DNA of 64,000 nt. Source: Camelus ferus (taxonomy: Eukaryota). The position numbers were made by a program, and so were the translations under genes. This document shows, piece after piece, positions 12,420 through 26,658 of the stretch. The notes under the pieces were generated by a model. It was not told the DNA's origin and made no database searches. It saw only the letters and a list, made by a program, of their open reading frames with translations. The first letter of the stretch is position 1. Every line of letters begins with the position of its first letter. The stretch lies in the NCBI RefSeq assembly GCF_009834535.1, contig NC_045696.1, positions 91,824,001 to 91,888,000 of the forward strand. Reading direction: 5' to 3'.

Positions 12420-13300
12420 TGAGACTAAAACAGAAGAGAATCCCTCAAAAGGCCAAGGAGGAGCAATCAGTAAGTCAGAATAAAAGCCAAAAGAATAACT
12501 TCTGAAAAGCCAGAGGATAAGAGAATTTAAAGAAGAAAGTAATGGTCTGTGTTTAAGACCTCCAATAAACGCTGAACAGAGTCCATAGTATATGGTATTA
12601 AGGAGGCCTTTGGTGATCTTAGATAGAGGCATTAGGCAGGAAAAGACTGAGCAGTAAAGCAGAAGTGAGAAAATAGTTATGTGGTAGAAGCATTCAAGAA
12701 CTCTGAGGTGGCAAGGAGAGAAAGAGGAAGATGCATAGTAGAATGGTTTGTTAGGAATGGAGACACCTGGGTGAGACACACAGCTGAGAAGACAGTCTGA
12801 GTGCAGTGACAGAGCCTAAAAATAGACAAGAGATGGGACCATTTCTTGTGCAAAGACCTAGAAAAGGCAGATGTAAAGCAAAGGCTCAAAAAATTAGCCT
12901 TTGCCAGGAAGAAGAATGGTGGTGTCATTCTGTGTGGTCATTAATAAGGTCTACCTGAGTGACCAGAAGCCACAGGGGATCCTCAATCAGCATGCAGACC
13001 TGGAAGCTAAGAGAGATGTTGATTTCAGAAATCAAAGAGAGCAAAATAGATCACTAAAGCAAGGGGACCAACCATGAGGATGGGAAGTCAGAATGTGAAG
13101 CCACAAACTGTAAGACAGAGAGACAAGAACCATGAATTAAGTCAAGGTTAAGGGGCTAATGGGCCCAATGTAAGGTAGCTGCTTGGAGCAAGCCATGTAT
13201 ATGGGGGTCAAGGCTTGGAGGGTTATTTAATAGAAGAAAGACTGGATATGGATGCATGTGCTTCTGTAGGGAAAAAGGCAGGAAACAGAAAATTCAAGCT
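12420..13300 (-). mobile_element. L2 internal fragments
   Basis: Purine-rich degraded sequence typical of antisense L2 (GGAGGCCTTTGGTGATCTTAGATAGAG). Confidence 0.5.
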
Positions 13301-13309
13301 TGTTAGCTA

Positions 13310-14212
13310 AGAGCAGATCCACCACATTTTGTGGGGCCTAGATCTCATATGATAGGTGTGGATAGACAGGTGGCTTTCTTGTAAAAAAGAATACAAAAGT
13401 TATAACTACAAAACCAGGTTTAAAAGTGTGCAATTATTTATAGAATGAAAAAAATCACTACAAATAAAATTGTAAAAGTTAATAAATCCCATCAATATCA
13501 CAAAATACAGAAAAACAATATAACTATTAATAAATAACAGCTCTGCATTACTTTTTTGTCTACAATTTTTAGCTACGTGCTCTACAAGCATCTTTTCATT
13601 TGAGAACCATTTTATAAAAATACTTTATGTGGAGAGAATATAAAAATTATACAGTTTTTATCTAGCATGGCCATTAGTTTTATTATCAGTGATAGTTAGA
13701 AAGATTCTTTCAACTTCATAGCCCCTTATTGGTAATATCATACAGATATTAAAAATTGTCAAATTTGGAAAACTCCTTATGAAAAAATTTTAATATACAA
13801 CTATAAGATTTTTGGCATTTCAAGTTTTCTTGGAAAATGACATCCTAAAGTGTCTTTGAAATGATGAAATTCATGAACCAGTTTATCTCAGATGTCCTTG
13901 AAATGTTATACTATGATTTTTATGTCATATTCAGTAATGTTAGTAGTTTCGTCAAATCAGCAAGAAACTTAAACCTTTCTCCAATATATTCAAAAATCAA
14001 CTCCACTTCATTGAATGGATTACGAAATAATCCAAGAGATTTTATTGAAAATGTATCTCATATGATGAAATCTGAAAAAAGTTACAAAATTTTTAGTTAT
14101 AACTAAACCATCTTACTTTTGCCAGGGGCCTTCCTAGAATCCTGGAAGGGGGTCCTGAGTGAGGGGTTCTAAAACTCAAGTGTCACTTAATTTACAGTAA
14201 ATATGCCTGTGT
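13310..14212. mobile_element. hAT-Tip100 DNA transposon remnant (Zaphod/MER115-like)
   Basis: Ends resemble remembered Zaphod-type termini (GATCC...TTTTGTGGGGCCT and ...TTTACAGTAAATATGCCTGTG); AT-rich interior. Confidence 0.55.
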
Positions 14213-14424
14213 TGATAACTTTAACTCTGTGAAATATAAGGCAAATGTAACACAGCTGCTGAGAGATGAGTAGCACAGGGGATTCTAAGCAAAATAATGA
14301 GGATTTAGAGTATTGGAGGAACTGAGGACCTGGTGTGTAACAACCTGTAAGTAGGTATGAAGATTGAGGGTTTTAAGGGTAATATAATTAAATGAGCAGA
14401 GGTAAAAGTAGCTGGAATATTGGT

Positions 14425-14464
14425 AGTCTATGCAGAAACATCCTCTATGTAGAAAATCCTAAAG

Positions 14465-14507
<43 letters not shown>

Positions 14508-16382
14508 AATACTAGAACTAATAAATTGAGTTTACCAAGGTAACAGAAAAATAAACCATAGCAAAAATTAATATTGTCTGTATACTAGCAATGACCAATC
14601 CCAAAAATAAAATTAAGAAAAAAATCCACTCATAATAACATCAAAAAGAATAAAATATTTAGAAATAAACTTAATAAAAGGAGTGTAAGACTTATATACT
14701 AAAAACAAAACATTTTGGAAAGAACTAAAGATCTCAATGGAAAAACATCTCATGTTCATGGATTGAAAAATTCAACATTTTTAAGATGGCAATTCTCCCC
14801 AAATTGATCTATAGATTTAATGCTATATCTACCAAAATCCCAGTAGGCTATTTATCAGAAATTGACAAACTGATCCTAAAATCCATTTGAAAATACAAAG
14901 GAGCCAGAATAGCCAAAACAAACTCGAAAACAAAGAAATTTAGAGGGCTTACATTTCTTGATTTCAAAATTTCCTAAAAATTACACTATTCAAGAGTGTA
15001 TGCTAATGACAGTAAGAATAGATATGCAGATAAATAGAATAGACTAGTATAGACAGTCCAGAAATAATCACTTACATTCATGGTGAACTGATTTTAGGTA
15101 AAGGGACCAAGGCAATTAAATAGGGAAAGAACTGTCTTTTTAACAAATGGTGCTAGAACAACGGAATATTCATATGAAAAAGGTGAATTTAGATCCTTAC
15201 CTAACATCATTCACAAAAGTTAACTCAAAATGGATCATAGACTTAAATGTAAGAGCTAAAACTATAAAATCTTTAGAAGAAGCCACTGAAAAAAATCTAT
15301 GTGACTTTTGGTTAGGCAGAGTTCTTAGATACATTTCCAAAAGCACAATCCGTAAAAGAAAACATTGATTAAATTGTATTTCACTAAAAATAACAACTTT
15401 TGTTCTTTAAAATATACCATTAAGAAAATGAAAAGAAATTACACAGACTGGGAGAAAATATTTGCAAATCATATTTCAAATAAAGGACTTGTACCTAGAA
15501 CATACGAATAACTCTTAAAATCTAATAACATAAAAACAAAATGAAAAACAGACAAAACATTTTAATAGATATTTCACCAAATAACCATACAAATGGTTAA
15601 TAAGCACATGAAAAGACACTTAACACCATTAGTCCTTTGGGAAACACAAATCAAAGCACAATGAGGTATGATTTCACAGCCTCTAGAATGGCTAAAATTA
15701 AAGACAGACAATAAGAAATGTTAGCAAGAACACAGTTGAAACTAGAATCCTCATTCCTGGTAAGAATGCAAAATGGTGCAAGCACTTTGGAAGATAGTTT
15801 GGCAGTTTCTTAAAAGTTAAATATCAATTTACCATATGATTCAGTAATTCTACACTTAGGTATCTACCCAAAAGAAATGAAACATACATGCACACAAAGA
15901 CTTGTATGTGAATGTTTATAGCACTATTATTTATAAGTGCCAACAAGTGGAAACAATCCAAAAATCCATCAATTGGTAAATACATAAATAAAATGTAGTA
16001 TATCCATACAATGGAATACTATTTAGAAATAAAAAGGAACAAAGTACTGATGCAGGATACAACATGAACTTCAAAAACATCAGTAAAAGAAGCCAGATAT
16101 AAAAGACTACATATCGTATGATTCCATATATCTAAACTGTCCAGAAAAATACAAACCTATAGAAACAAAGATCAGTGGTTGCCTAGGAATACTGGTGGTA
16201 AAAATAGAGATTGACTGCAAATAGCATGAGGATCTTTTGGGGATGATTCAAATGTCCTAACATTGGATGCGATAAAGGTTGCACAACTCAGTATGTTTAC
16301 TAAAAATCATTACACTGTCCACTTAAACTGGGTGGATTTTGTAAGACGTAATTTATATTTCAATACAGCTATTTGAAAAAAG
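14425..16382 (+). mobile_element. L1MB-like element, ORF2 3' half plus 3'UTR
   Basis: ORF remnant KVNLDPYLTSFTKVNSKWIIDLNVRAKTIK; L1 3'UTR and A-tail. Confidence 0.9.
14469..14502 (+). repeat. (CA)n microsatellite
   Basis: Perfect AC run of about 17 units. Confidence 0.95.
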
Positions 16383-18207
16383 ATATGAGGTTATTAACTA
16401 TGGGATCAAGGCTAGAAACAAAGTAAAGTCAGGAAATTGTTGGGAAAATTAGAATACCAGCAGCCTTAATGTGGCTGAAGAGCTGAAGTGAAAAGTGACA
16501 GAGCTAAAAGGAGAGATTTAAGGAGTTGGCATTGAAAATTTCAGAGATGACAGAGTCTGGATTTACAAATAAGAAAAACTAAAGGATAAGTATAATTCAA
16601 ACAATTCATGAAAGATTCACAGTAGGAATTCTGTAAAAGCAAGCACTACTAAAATGTTTCAAATATGGATTGATTTGGAATATTGGATTTATATGCAACT
16701 TTACATAAAGCATATCTATACTCCATACTGTTTTTAGTATCTATTTTACAGGTCTTCAAAAGTTAATTTCCATTCTCAAAAGACACTTTCGTTGGAATAG
16801 CAGATGTGCCGAGCCAACTGAGGCATATCACAGCTACTCCTCACCACTCCCTTACAAGCGACAGGTTGGAAATGTCAGGGAAAACACAGAGCATGAAGAA
16901 CATTTTGCTGGAGGGTAGGTGATTAAGCCCAATTGCAATTAAACAAATGAAAGAATAATTTAAAAAGGGCAATGTGACTCAAAGACATAGTTCATTGATC
17001 TCTTGAAAGTTCCTTTTGGGCTCCATAAATAAAGATGATTACATCTGAGTAGGCAAAGCTCATGCTTCTTTTCTTTACCACTTTGAGATTATAAGCTCCT
17101 TTTCTTTACCCATAGCAAACTTGAAGTTTTATGTTCTACTAGGTATTTTTTAAAAATAACCAGTAAACTAGTTTAAAATTTACTATTGCAGCAAAATTAC
17201 TGAATTCTACAACTTTGAGTTTGATTTTATTTTCATCATATTGCCTTTTCCTACGCTATGTGCCTACTAGTGAGAGTATGAATAAAACCAGGAATTATTT
17301 TTATTCATCTATCAAAAACTTTTATTTATACTAAGTGTCTAGTTAGATAATTATTTACAAAATTGTTTTTAGTAAGTGCTAGTTTTTTATATAAATCAGA
17401 CTCTGAACTCCCAATTTGTGATTTTTTAGCTAAAAATAGAAATCACAGATCTAGTGAAAACATTTGGAAAAAATTAGCAGTAAAAGTATAATGCAAAATG
17501 ATGACAAAATTAGAACATAGAATAAAATAACATTTAAATATGTCTAAGTTTCTTCAAGAATTTGAAATACTATAAATCACACGTAAAATATGAATAATAA
17601 AAACTGATTGTATCAGTCCATAATATCCTGAAGCAGCACTAATTATTTAATCTAGTCCTGGCCTAAGCTTTAAAATTTAGTCAGTTCTGCCATCCATAAT
17701 GGCATCTGTGGGTAAAACAAATGGGACTTCCTTAGCAGACCTGGGCCAAAGCTGTTGTTGGAGCCAAGATTGAACACTGATGGTCTTGACTGAAATGGAG
17801 AGTTGGGGTCATCTGGGTGGTATCCTGCTGGTTCAATACTAGAGTTCTAGGAAAGGGCAGGGAATCTTTATGATGACAAAAATTGTCATCTTTTTTATGA
17901 GTAGATTCATTCATTCATTCAAAAATTATTTATTCAGCATCAGTTATGTGCAGGACATTAAAGAAAGGTAGATGGCCAACAGGTTATCACCAGATATTGT
18001 ATAAAGATTATTAGCCCATATAATTTTTTAATAGAACAATATCCCTGATAATAACTAGTAGATTGGGAAAAATAAGAACCTAACATTCATAATACTCACC
18101 TGGTATATTTTTTTTAGTCACCCAGAACCTATGTCTATGTTCATTTAACCTATTTCCCTTTTCTAAGAGCTAAAAGTTACTCAACTGGAAAATTAATCAT
18201 TCTAAGA

Positions 18208-18528
18208 CAAACAAACTTATTTACGAAACAGAAACAGACTCACAGACATAGAAAACAAACTTATGGTTACCAGAAGGGTAAGGGGGTGGGGAGAGATAAA
18301 CTGGGAGTTCAAGATTTGTAGATACTAACTACTATAAAATAGATAAACAGCAAGTTTCTACTGTATAGCAGAGGGAACTATATTCAATATCTTGTAGTAA
18401 CTTACGGTGAAAAAGAATATGAAGAAGAATATATGTATGTTCACGTATGACTGAAACATTATGCTGTACACCAGAAATTGACACATTGTAACTGACTATT
18501 CTTCAATAAAAAAAATTTTTAAAAAAAG
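18208..18528 (+). mobile_element. Lineage-specific L1 3' end
   Basis: ACAGAAACAGACTCACAGACATAGAAAACAAACTTATGGTTACC...AATAAA and A-tail. Confidence 0.9.
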
Positions 18529-19120
18529 AGACAGTCATTCTGTCTGATATTCTCAATATATTCAATTCCATTTTTAAAAAGTACTATTTTCTTTAGAACA
18601 TTGGGTTTTAATCTTCAGGTATTTTAAGCCCTCCAAAGATATACAAAATTAGAATTAACACCATTTATGTTGAAAATTACTAAATTTAGGAGGTCTATTA
18701 CTATCCAGATAGAAAAGTTTCCCTATTCTATTTTTTTCATGTCACTGGACTATCAGTCAGAAGATCAAATACACCAAGAAATACTGGTCAAGAGGAAAAT
18801 GAATTTAGTTACTGTGCTGTCATTCTAAATGTCAATGCAAAATAAGAACAAGGTGTTTGCCTGATTTAAATTTTATTGGCAAAACTATTCAGTTGAGATA
18901 ATAGTTTTTTTTAAAAGTGAAGTGTTTCCATTTTTTTAACCATACTATAATACTAAACTATATAAATATAGAAATTATATTATTAAAATGTCCTTGAATG
19001 TTTATAAAGATTAATATTATACTATTATATCACTAAAATGTATTTGAATGTCTATACCGTTAGTATTAAATGAGCAATCTTTTCAATCTTGTAATTTTTA
19101 ATTCTTTGAAGATAATCTTA

Positions 19121-19267
<147 letters not shown>

Positions 19268-19807
19268 TTACAAGTCTAAATATTCCATCATGAGTACTTT
19301 AATAAATTAAAATTTAAATATGCTTTTAATAAAAATAAATAAAAGAAGAAAACTATGCATCTTTACATATGCTAAATGAATGTATAGAAAAAGTATGGAG
19401 AGATACATACCAAAGAGCCACTATCCCTAGGGAGGAAAGTGGAATCAATAGGCAGGAGAAAGGCAGCAAATATTGAAGGAAAGCATAACTTTCACTCTAT
19501 ATTCTTTGTATCGTTCAGATTTTTGCAGTGAACATGTATTTTTACTTGAAATACTAATTAAAAAGTAACTGAACAAATACCAACTTTTAACTTTTATTAA
19601 AGTAATATAGATACATAACTTTAACTGTCAAATATTACTAAAAGAATTTAAAGAAAAAATAGCAATCATTTAACTTTACCCCAATTCTCACTGTCAAAAA
19701 CGACTACTTTCAACTTTTTTCTTCTAGTATTTATCTGTATATTATTAAATAACATGCTTATACTGTTACTTCTTAAATTTTATTTTAGATACTATCTAGT
19801 GAATCAC

Positions 19808-20283
19808 AAATCAGGTAAGATCTGGTTCTGCTACATACAACTGAGACCTGACTATGATGGCTTAAATATACAAAGGTATATTATTGCATAAAACAAAAGT
19901 ATTGGTAGTCAGTCCAATACTGATATGATTGCTTTAGAGTGTCATCAGGGCCCCAGTATCCTTACAACTCTCTGGTCTACCATCTTTGGTGTGTGTCTGC
20001 TATTCTCATGATCAGTGCATGATAATGGTAGAAATTCCATTACTTTCCCACTCCAGACCAGCAGCAGAGAAGAAGGCTCCTCTGTCCCTTTCAAGGAGAC
20101 TTCCTGAAAGTGCCACTGTACACTTCTGCTGAACTAGGACACATGGCAGTATACCGCTGCAAGTGAAGCTAAGAAACGTAGTCTTTTAACTGGAAAGATC
20201 AGCCCCAGATGTGTCCATAATTCTTTTACTAAGGTGGAAGGAAGAATGTATGTTGGGGTAGGTAACCTGCAGTTCCTAACACA
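19808..20283 (-). mobile_element. MaLR LTR (MLT1-like)
   Basis: Antisense MLT1 motifs (GGTTCTGCTACATACAAC, GGACACATGGCAGT...CTGCAAGTGAAGCTAAGAAACGTAGTC). Confidence 0.65.
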
Positions 20284-21199
20284 GTCCTAATAAGAATTAA
20301 ACCTCCCATACACACCTATACACCTATACATCCACACACACAGAGCCTTCCTTCCCTCATCCTCCCAATATAATTAAATAAATCTTTTTATCCAGTGTTC
20401 CTCACTAGTAGGCTATATATTATGTCATGATCACTTTCTTTTCTTGTACAAAGTTTTTGCCATTCCTGGGTTAAAGACCATCTCCTTTTCTTCCTTCTTA
20501 GTTTTCTGTGTACCTATCACTTCTTTCAGATCTGACAGAAGTGTAATTCTCCTCTCTCAATACCTTCAGACACAGCAGATAATCCTTCCATACCATTTCT
20601 TTTCCAGGAGGCAGCCTTCCTAGAACTCTCTGTTCCCCAGCTCCAGTCTGGTTATGCTCTGGTTTGACTGCACAACTGTCATCTTGGGACTTCCTTTCCC
20701 TATCATTTCAGAAATTGTCCTCAGCTTTCTCTCATGTCGGATCTCCTGCATCCTGGTGCTAAAGTCTTCCTCCTCCTTGGTTTACTCCTTTTGGTGGAAT
20801 AAATCCTCCAGGAGCTTTTTGTGCATGGGAGGTAAATCTGAGACCTTGAATATCTAGAAGCATCTTTATTCTACTTCAGACTGAACAGTCTGGCTGGATA
20901 TATAATCACAGATGAGGAAAGTATTCTTCACCAGAAAATCAGTCTCTGCTCCACTGTTACCTAACTTCCACTGCTGCTTCTGAGAAGTCCAATGATACTC
21001 TAGTTCCTACTTCTTTGTATGGTATACATGTTGGTCCTCTCCACCCCATCCCTATCACAGTTCAGAAGTTTTAAAATGTTCTCTTTTTACTTTGTATTCC
21101 TAAATTTGTATTCTTATATCACAATACATCATTATTTCAGTCTTTTGTCATTCTCTATGCTGGGCACATGGCATTTCCTTTGGAAATGGATGTTTAAAA

Positions 21200-21418
21200 T
21201 TTTTTTTTAATTTATAATGTATTTTAGTTTCCGGTATACAGCATAGTGATTCAGTTATACATATGTGTGTGTGTGTATATATATATACACACATACATAT
21301 ACACACATATATATATTCTTTTTCATTACAGGCTACTACAAGTCATTGAATATAGTCCTCTGTGCTATATAGTAAGACCCTGTTGTTTATCTATTCTGTA
21401 CATAGTAGTTTGTATCAG
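21200..21418 (-). mobile_element. L1 3' terminal fragment
   Basis: T-tail, GGTATACAGCATAGTGATTCAGTTATAC, CTGTGCTATATAGTA. Confidence 0.8.
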
Positions 21419-22694
21419 CCAATCCCATGTTTTTTAGTTCCAAGAATTTCCCCCTAGGGATAAAGATTCCTTCCCCTCCATCTCTTCTGTTTTCTTTCTG
21501 GAACATCTTTCTATAATTTTGAAAGTGGGAACTCCCAGAGAGATCCTATTTGCTTATCCTTTCTTTGCCATCTTACCACTTTCAACATTCTGTTCTACTT
21601 TCATTATCTTCCACCCTGCCTGTGAAATTGTTCATTTCTGCTATTATATTTTAACTACCAAGAATTCTCACTTATTCTCCAAAAGGTCCTCTTTTACTAT
21701 CCCTTTTTCTTGTTTCATTGATACAATTTCTTCATTATTGTTTTGAGGATATCAATTATAATGTTTTTTTAAATTTTCTTCAGCTTACTGCATTGCTTCT
21801 GTTTCCTTTGGGTTTATTTTTTTTTTTCTCTTTTTTGCTTTTTGTCTTTCACATTTGAGGCTTCTCTCAAAAGTCAGGAGATCCTTTATTATCCATTCAT
21901 ATTTAAGAATGGGGCATTTAAAGGATATCTGGTCCATTTTTTACAGGTTCATGATGACACAGGGAGAAAAGCAGGGAGAGGCTTTTCTACATAAAAGAAG
22001 TAAGAAAAGTGACAATCAAATGCGACATACTGACTTGTATAGAGCAAGAGTCAGATGAATAAACTGCAAACTTTTTTTCTTTTTTAAGAATTGAAGAAAT
22101 TTGAATATGGATTGGGAATTAGATAATACTGAGGAACTGCTAATAATTTTGGGATAATAATATTGTTGTTATATAAGAAAATGGTACATCACACTGAAGT
22201 AAATAGGGATGAAAACAGCATGCTGTCTTGGAGCTGTGTTGAATTAATTCAGAAAAAAAACAACAGGAACAGATGAAACATATGACAAAATCTTGGTAAT
22301 TTTTGAATCTGTGTTAAAGGGTATTTATTATGCTATTTTCTCTTTAGAAAAGCAAGTGGATAAGGTACCGAAATGCTGTCTCTAAGCTTCTGGGTGGGAG
22401 TACAGTAAGTTGTTAAATGATGGGCTTCACTGTGGGGAAATCAGGTGGGGAACTAGCTGTTTTGATAGCACCTATGCCAACTGCCAGAGTCAGGGAAAGG
22501 TAAGTAGAAGCCTCTGGGATGGCAGAGTGGGAGTGAAGTTCTGAAAGCCTAATGCAACTTTAAAACATTTTTAATGAATCCTACTATTTTTAGCCCCACT
22601 ATGTACACTGACAAGTATTTCCTTCAGCATACTAAGAGAAACAAATCAACCAATGTTTTCAGGAGTCACATCTTTAAAAAAAAAAAAAAATCAA

Positions 22695-22824
22695 GGGGAG
22701 GGTACAGCTCAGTGGTAGAGCACCTGCTTAGCATGCACAAGATCCTGGGTTCAATCACCAGTACCACCATTAAAAAATAATAATAAATAAATAAACCTCA
22801 TTACTCCCCCCTCCAAAAAAAAAA
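22695..22824 (+). mobile_element. tRNA-derived SINE (camelid Vic-1-like)
   Basis: GGGGAGGGTACAGCTCAGTGGTAGAGC (A box), GGGTTCAATC (B box), A-rich tail; TSD AAAAAAAAAATCAA at 22681-22694 and 22815-22828. Confidence 0.85.
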
Positions 22825-22849
22825 TCAACAGAGGAATGTAGGGGAAAAA

Positions 22850-24727
22850 ATTTTGAGAAAATATATACCCGAATAGATGCTTTAAAAATGATAAAATATA
22901 TACAGTAATATTAATAACTAGCAAGATATTAAATGGAACAACACTTTTATTTTGATAAAAAGCCCAATCCACCAAGAAAAAATACTAATCATGAACCTTT
23001 GTATACCCAAAACATAGGTTCAAATTATATTTTAAAAAATCTGTTAAAAATCTAATGAGAACAAATTAATAATCATAGTGAGAGGTATTAACACATTTCT
23101 CACAGAAATGGAATGGTCACAATGACATGAAAAATAGTCAAAAATATTGAGGATTTGAATAACATTATTAACAAGCTTATGTATGACCATAATTGGAACT
23201 TATATCTAATAATAAGGTCTTCCAAACATATGGTATAACCATAAAAATTGACCATGTAATCAGCCACAATTGAAATTTTAATATAGTCTTAAAAAGAAAA
23301 AAATCTTCTACCCACATTCATTGCCCACGATAAAATTACATGAAAATGAACTGCAGATGTGGAAACTTCAACATACATCTAATAACCTTGGGCCAAAGAG
23401 GAAATAAAAGTTGAACTAAAAATTATTTAGAAATAAATGATAATGGAAACACAATCTATCAAAGCATTTAGAAGAAAATTTATAGCTTTAAATACTCATT
23501 TTTAAAAAACAGTAAATGGGTATTCTGAATGTCATGATCCAAGAGAAAGAAAGGCACAAATGACAAAAAACAATGAATGTTCTGGAGCAAGGCGACCCCA
23601 GTAGCAATGAGCACACCCAAAGCCCATACCTTGGTGTCTAAGCACTATTCCCCAACAAAAGAAATCAGGGCATCTTAGAGAACTGGTTGATTCCAGGGGT
23701 GGCATAGGGAAAATTTAAGGTGAGCCTAGGACATTTTGTGGTGCCAGAAAGTAAGGAAAAGCTCAAAAAAAGATGGAGGCACGTTGAAAGGGCACAGGTG
23801 CCACCTGAAGGAGCACCAATCAGGCAAAACTGGAACAACTGAGCAACAAAATAAAAAACTATATTGGATCATGACCCACAAAAGGAAAGTGAATGAGTCC
23901 ATATTGATATTAATAAATAATTAAATAGTTAAATAAATGGAAGAGAAGGAACAGCTCTTCTGTACAGAGAAATTCCAATTAACAAATGTGGAAGGAATGA
24001 AGAAAAGAAAACAGCATTAGTAAGAGCATAGTAATTAACTGTTGTAAGCAAAATCTATTGATAGCTGCTAAAAAAGTAGGTGAAAGTTTGAGAAGAAACA
24101 GAATATTTGAATATTTTCAAAGTTTCTACTCTAAGATATTTATTCATTTCAAAGGAAAAAATAATAATTTTATGATGGAGGAACCTGCCAAACACCACCT
24201 TAGCCAAGCAGTCAAGGTGAACATCATCCATAATAAGACATATTGACATCATATATACTCTGACATGATACACTGAGAAGGGCACATTAGTTCTGTGGTA
24301 TTCTTGCCAAAAATGAATAATCTCTATATGGTTACAAATAAACATAAGACAAACCCAAACTGAAGGGATTCTACAAAATAACTGGCCAGTACTCTTCAAA
24401 AACCACAGGTCATGAAAGACAAAGACTGAGGAACTGTCACAGATCAAGGAAGACTAGAAAGATAAATGCTCTAAATGCACTCTGTGATTCCAGATTGAGT
24501 CCTGGACTGGAAAAGAAGGCGTTAGTGGCAAAACTGATCAAATCAAATAAATTCTGTAGGTTAGTTAATAGTATTATACCAATGTCAATTTCTTAGTTTT
24601 TATAATTGTACTATAGTTGTGAAAGGTGTTAACATTAGGGTAAGCTGGGTATATGGGAACTCTCTGTACTACTTTTGGAACTTTCTGTGAGTCTAAAATT
24701 ATTTCAAAATAAAAAGTTTAAAAAAAG
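22850..24727 (+). mobile_element. Old L1 (L1MC-like) ORF2 fragments and long 3'UTR
   Basis: CACCACCTTAGCCAAGCAGTCAAGGTGAACATCA; terminal GGGAACTCTCTGTACTA...TTATTTCAAAATAAAAAGTT. Confidence 0.8.
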
Positions 24728-25034
24728 AATCATTTGTACATATACAATGAATAATGTGTACATGTCAAATACATCTGTATTATAAATTACGGTGTAAAAA
24801 GGTGGGTGCATATTAGATTTTGGAAGTTATGCAATTTTTATATAGCAAAAATAGAAAGAAACACCTTCATGGTCAATATTAGAAGAACATTAAGTAACTT
24901 ATGTTCCTATGGAACATTATACAAAAAAATTTTTTAATGAAATAGATATCTATGTCCTAGCATGGAAAGAATACCAAGACTTAATAAGAAGGAAAAAGAA
25001 AAGAAAGTTGTAATTTACAGATCAACAAGAGTTT

Positions 25035-25650
25035 TCAAACACTCCTAGTGGGAATATAAATTAACATAACTATTTTGAATAAATAGTATGATCTACTAAA
25101 CCTGGCCATATGCATAATATTATGCCCCAGAATTTCCACACCTGGTACATACCCAACAGAAAAATGTGCTCATATATTAACCAAGACATGCACACTATTA
25201 TTCATGGCAGTTTGGAAATAACCCAATGCCCATCCACAGTAGAACAGATAAATCCATTGTGGTATGTTCATCCCATGGAAAGCCAAACAGCAATAAGAAT
25301 GAACAGCAGCTACACACGACAAGACGGATGCATCTCACAAATATAATGGTGAGTGAAGGAAACCAGATAAAAGAACACACACCATATGATTCCATTTATA
25401 TAAAGATCAAAAATTGGCAAGATTAATCGATGGTGTTCTAAGTCAAGATTAGTAGATTCTTTTGGGTGGGTGACAGTAAGAGAAGTACAAGAGAGCTCCT
25501 GGGAGGATGTTAATGTTCAGGTTCATGACTGGGGTGCTGATTACATGGGAAGTTCACTTTGTGAAATTTAATTTATCTGTACATGTATTATTTGTGCATT
25601 TTTCTCTTATATATGTTTACACTTCAATAACAATTTATAAAAAAATAAAA
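25035..25650 (+). mobile_element. Old L1 (L1ME-like) 3' end
   Basis: CCCAATGCCCATCCACAGTAGAA...TGATTCCATTTATATAAA...CTTCAATAA. Confidence 0.75.
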
Positions 25651-26658
25651 TTAGAATTTTAAAAATACCTACTCAATCTCATTATGTGTGTTTAAGTACA
25701 TCTAAGGTTGATAAATATGGGGAAAAAAATCCAGAAATATTAGAAGGAAATTTAAGCTTATACAGTATGTTGTTGGATTAAATGAAATTTGTATTAAACA
25801 TTCCTTAATGAAACACAAGGAATATAGCCAATATCTTATAATAACTGTAAGTGGAACATAAACTTTAAAGATGTTATAAAAAATAAAATAAATAAAAAAG
25901 CCCACTCCAACAATTAAAATTTACCTAGAAAAGAATTCTAAGCCTATTTTTTACAAAACAGTTTCCTTTTTATAATTAAAAAATACACATTAAAACACTT
26001 TCCAATATCACTCATTTTGCTATAATCCCCAAATGAATGTTACATATAAATAGCATCTCAAACCCTCTGACAATACTCCCTGAGAAGTTAGGTCACATTA
26101 GTCCATTCTGTTTTGGCTTTGCTAACTCTGCTTCACTTCTTTCAAATCAAACTGATACGGTTAAAAATGACATGCCTGAAAGGCACTAATGTTCACTTTT
26201 ACTGTATGTATTATATCAACTTTATGAAACAGATAATTCACAAAATATTATAATACAGTATGTACTGTGCAAGCACACAGTTTTCTCTAAGAGTCATAAT
26301 TCTGCACAGATTTTGAGCTCTATGCTGATTGATGTGAGGACATGCTGTTGTCTAGTCAGAGGGTGTTCCTGAAAACAGTGGAACTAACAGCATGTTCTAG
26401 CGGACAGAGTCCGGTACTGGGGAGTTAGACGACTTGTGCTATAACCCTCTTGCCAAACGCAATCATGATGACAACACATTTATTACCCTTATCTATTTTC
26501 TAGTTTTTCTCTTAGCCAACTTGATTAAAGTGGACTTGTGGTAAGAATACAGAGTTGTAAAAAAAATGGGAAAGGTATTATTGTCTCTTCTTAGTTATTT
26601 TCATTTAGATCATCTATTAATATTATTCATAATAAAAAGATTCTAAAGGAAAATACTT

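Larger units (their letters stand above)
19590..21910 (-). mobile_element. Ancient L1 (L1ME-like) fragments with nested insertions
   Basis: Degraded antisense L1 motifs (GTCTGGCTGGATATA, TGAGAAGTCCAATG). Confidence 0.55.

Noticed and set aside
18091..18205. Strong minus-strand donor CAG|GTGAGT at about 18099 as another LEKR1 exon
   Set aside because: No convincing paired acceptor or LEKR1-like peptide; the flanking real exons already join in frame
22695..22770. tRNA gene
   Set aside because: tRNA-like head is followed by an A-rich tail and flanked by a TSD, so it is a SINE
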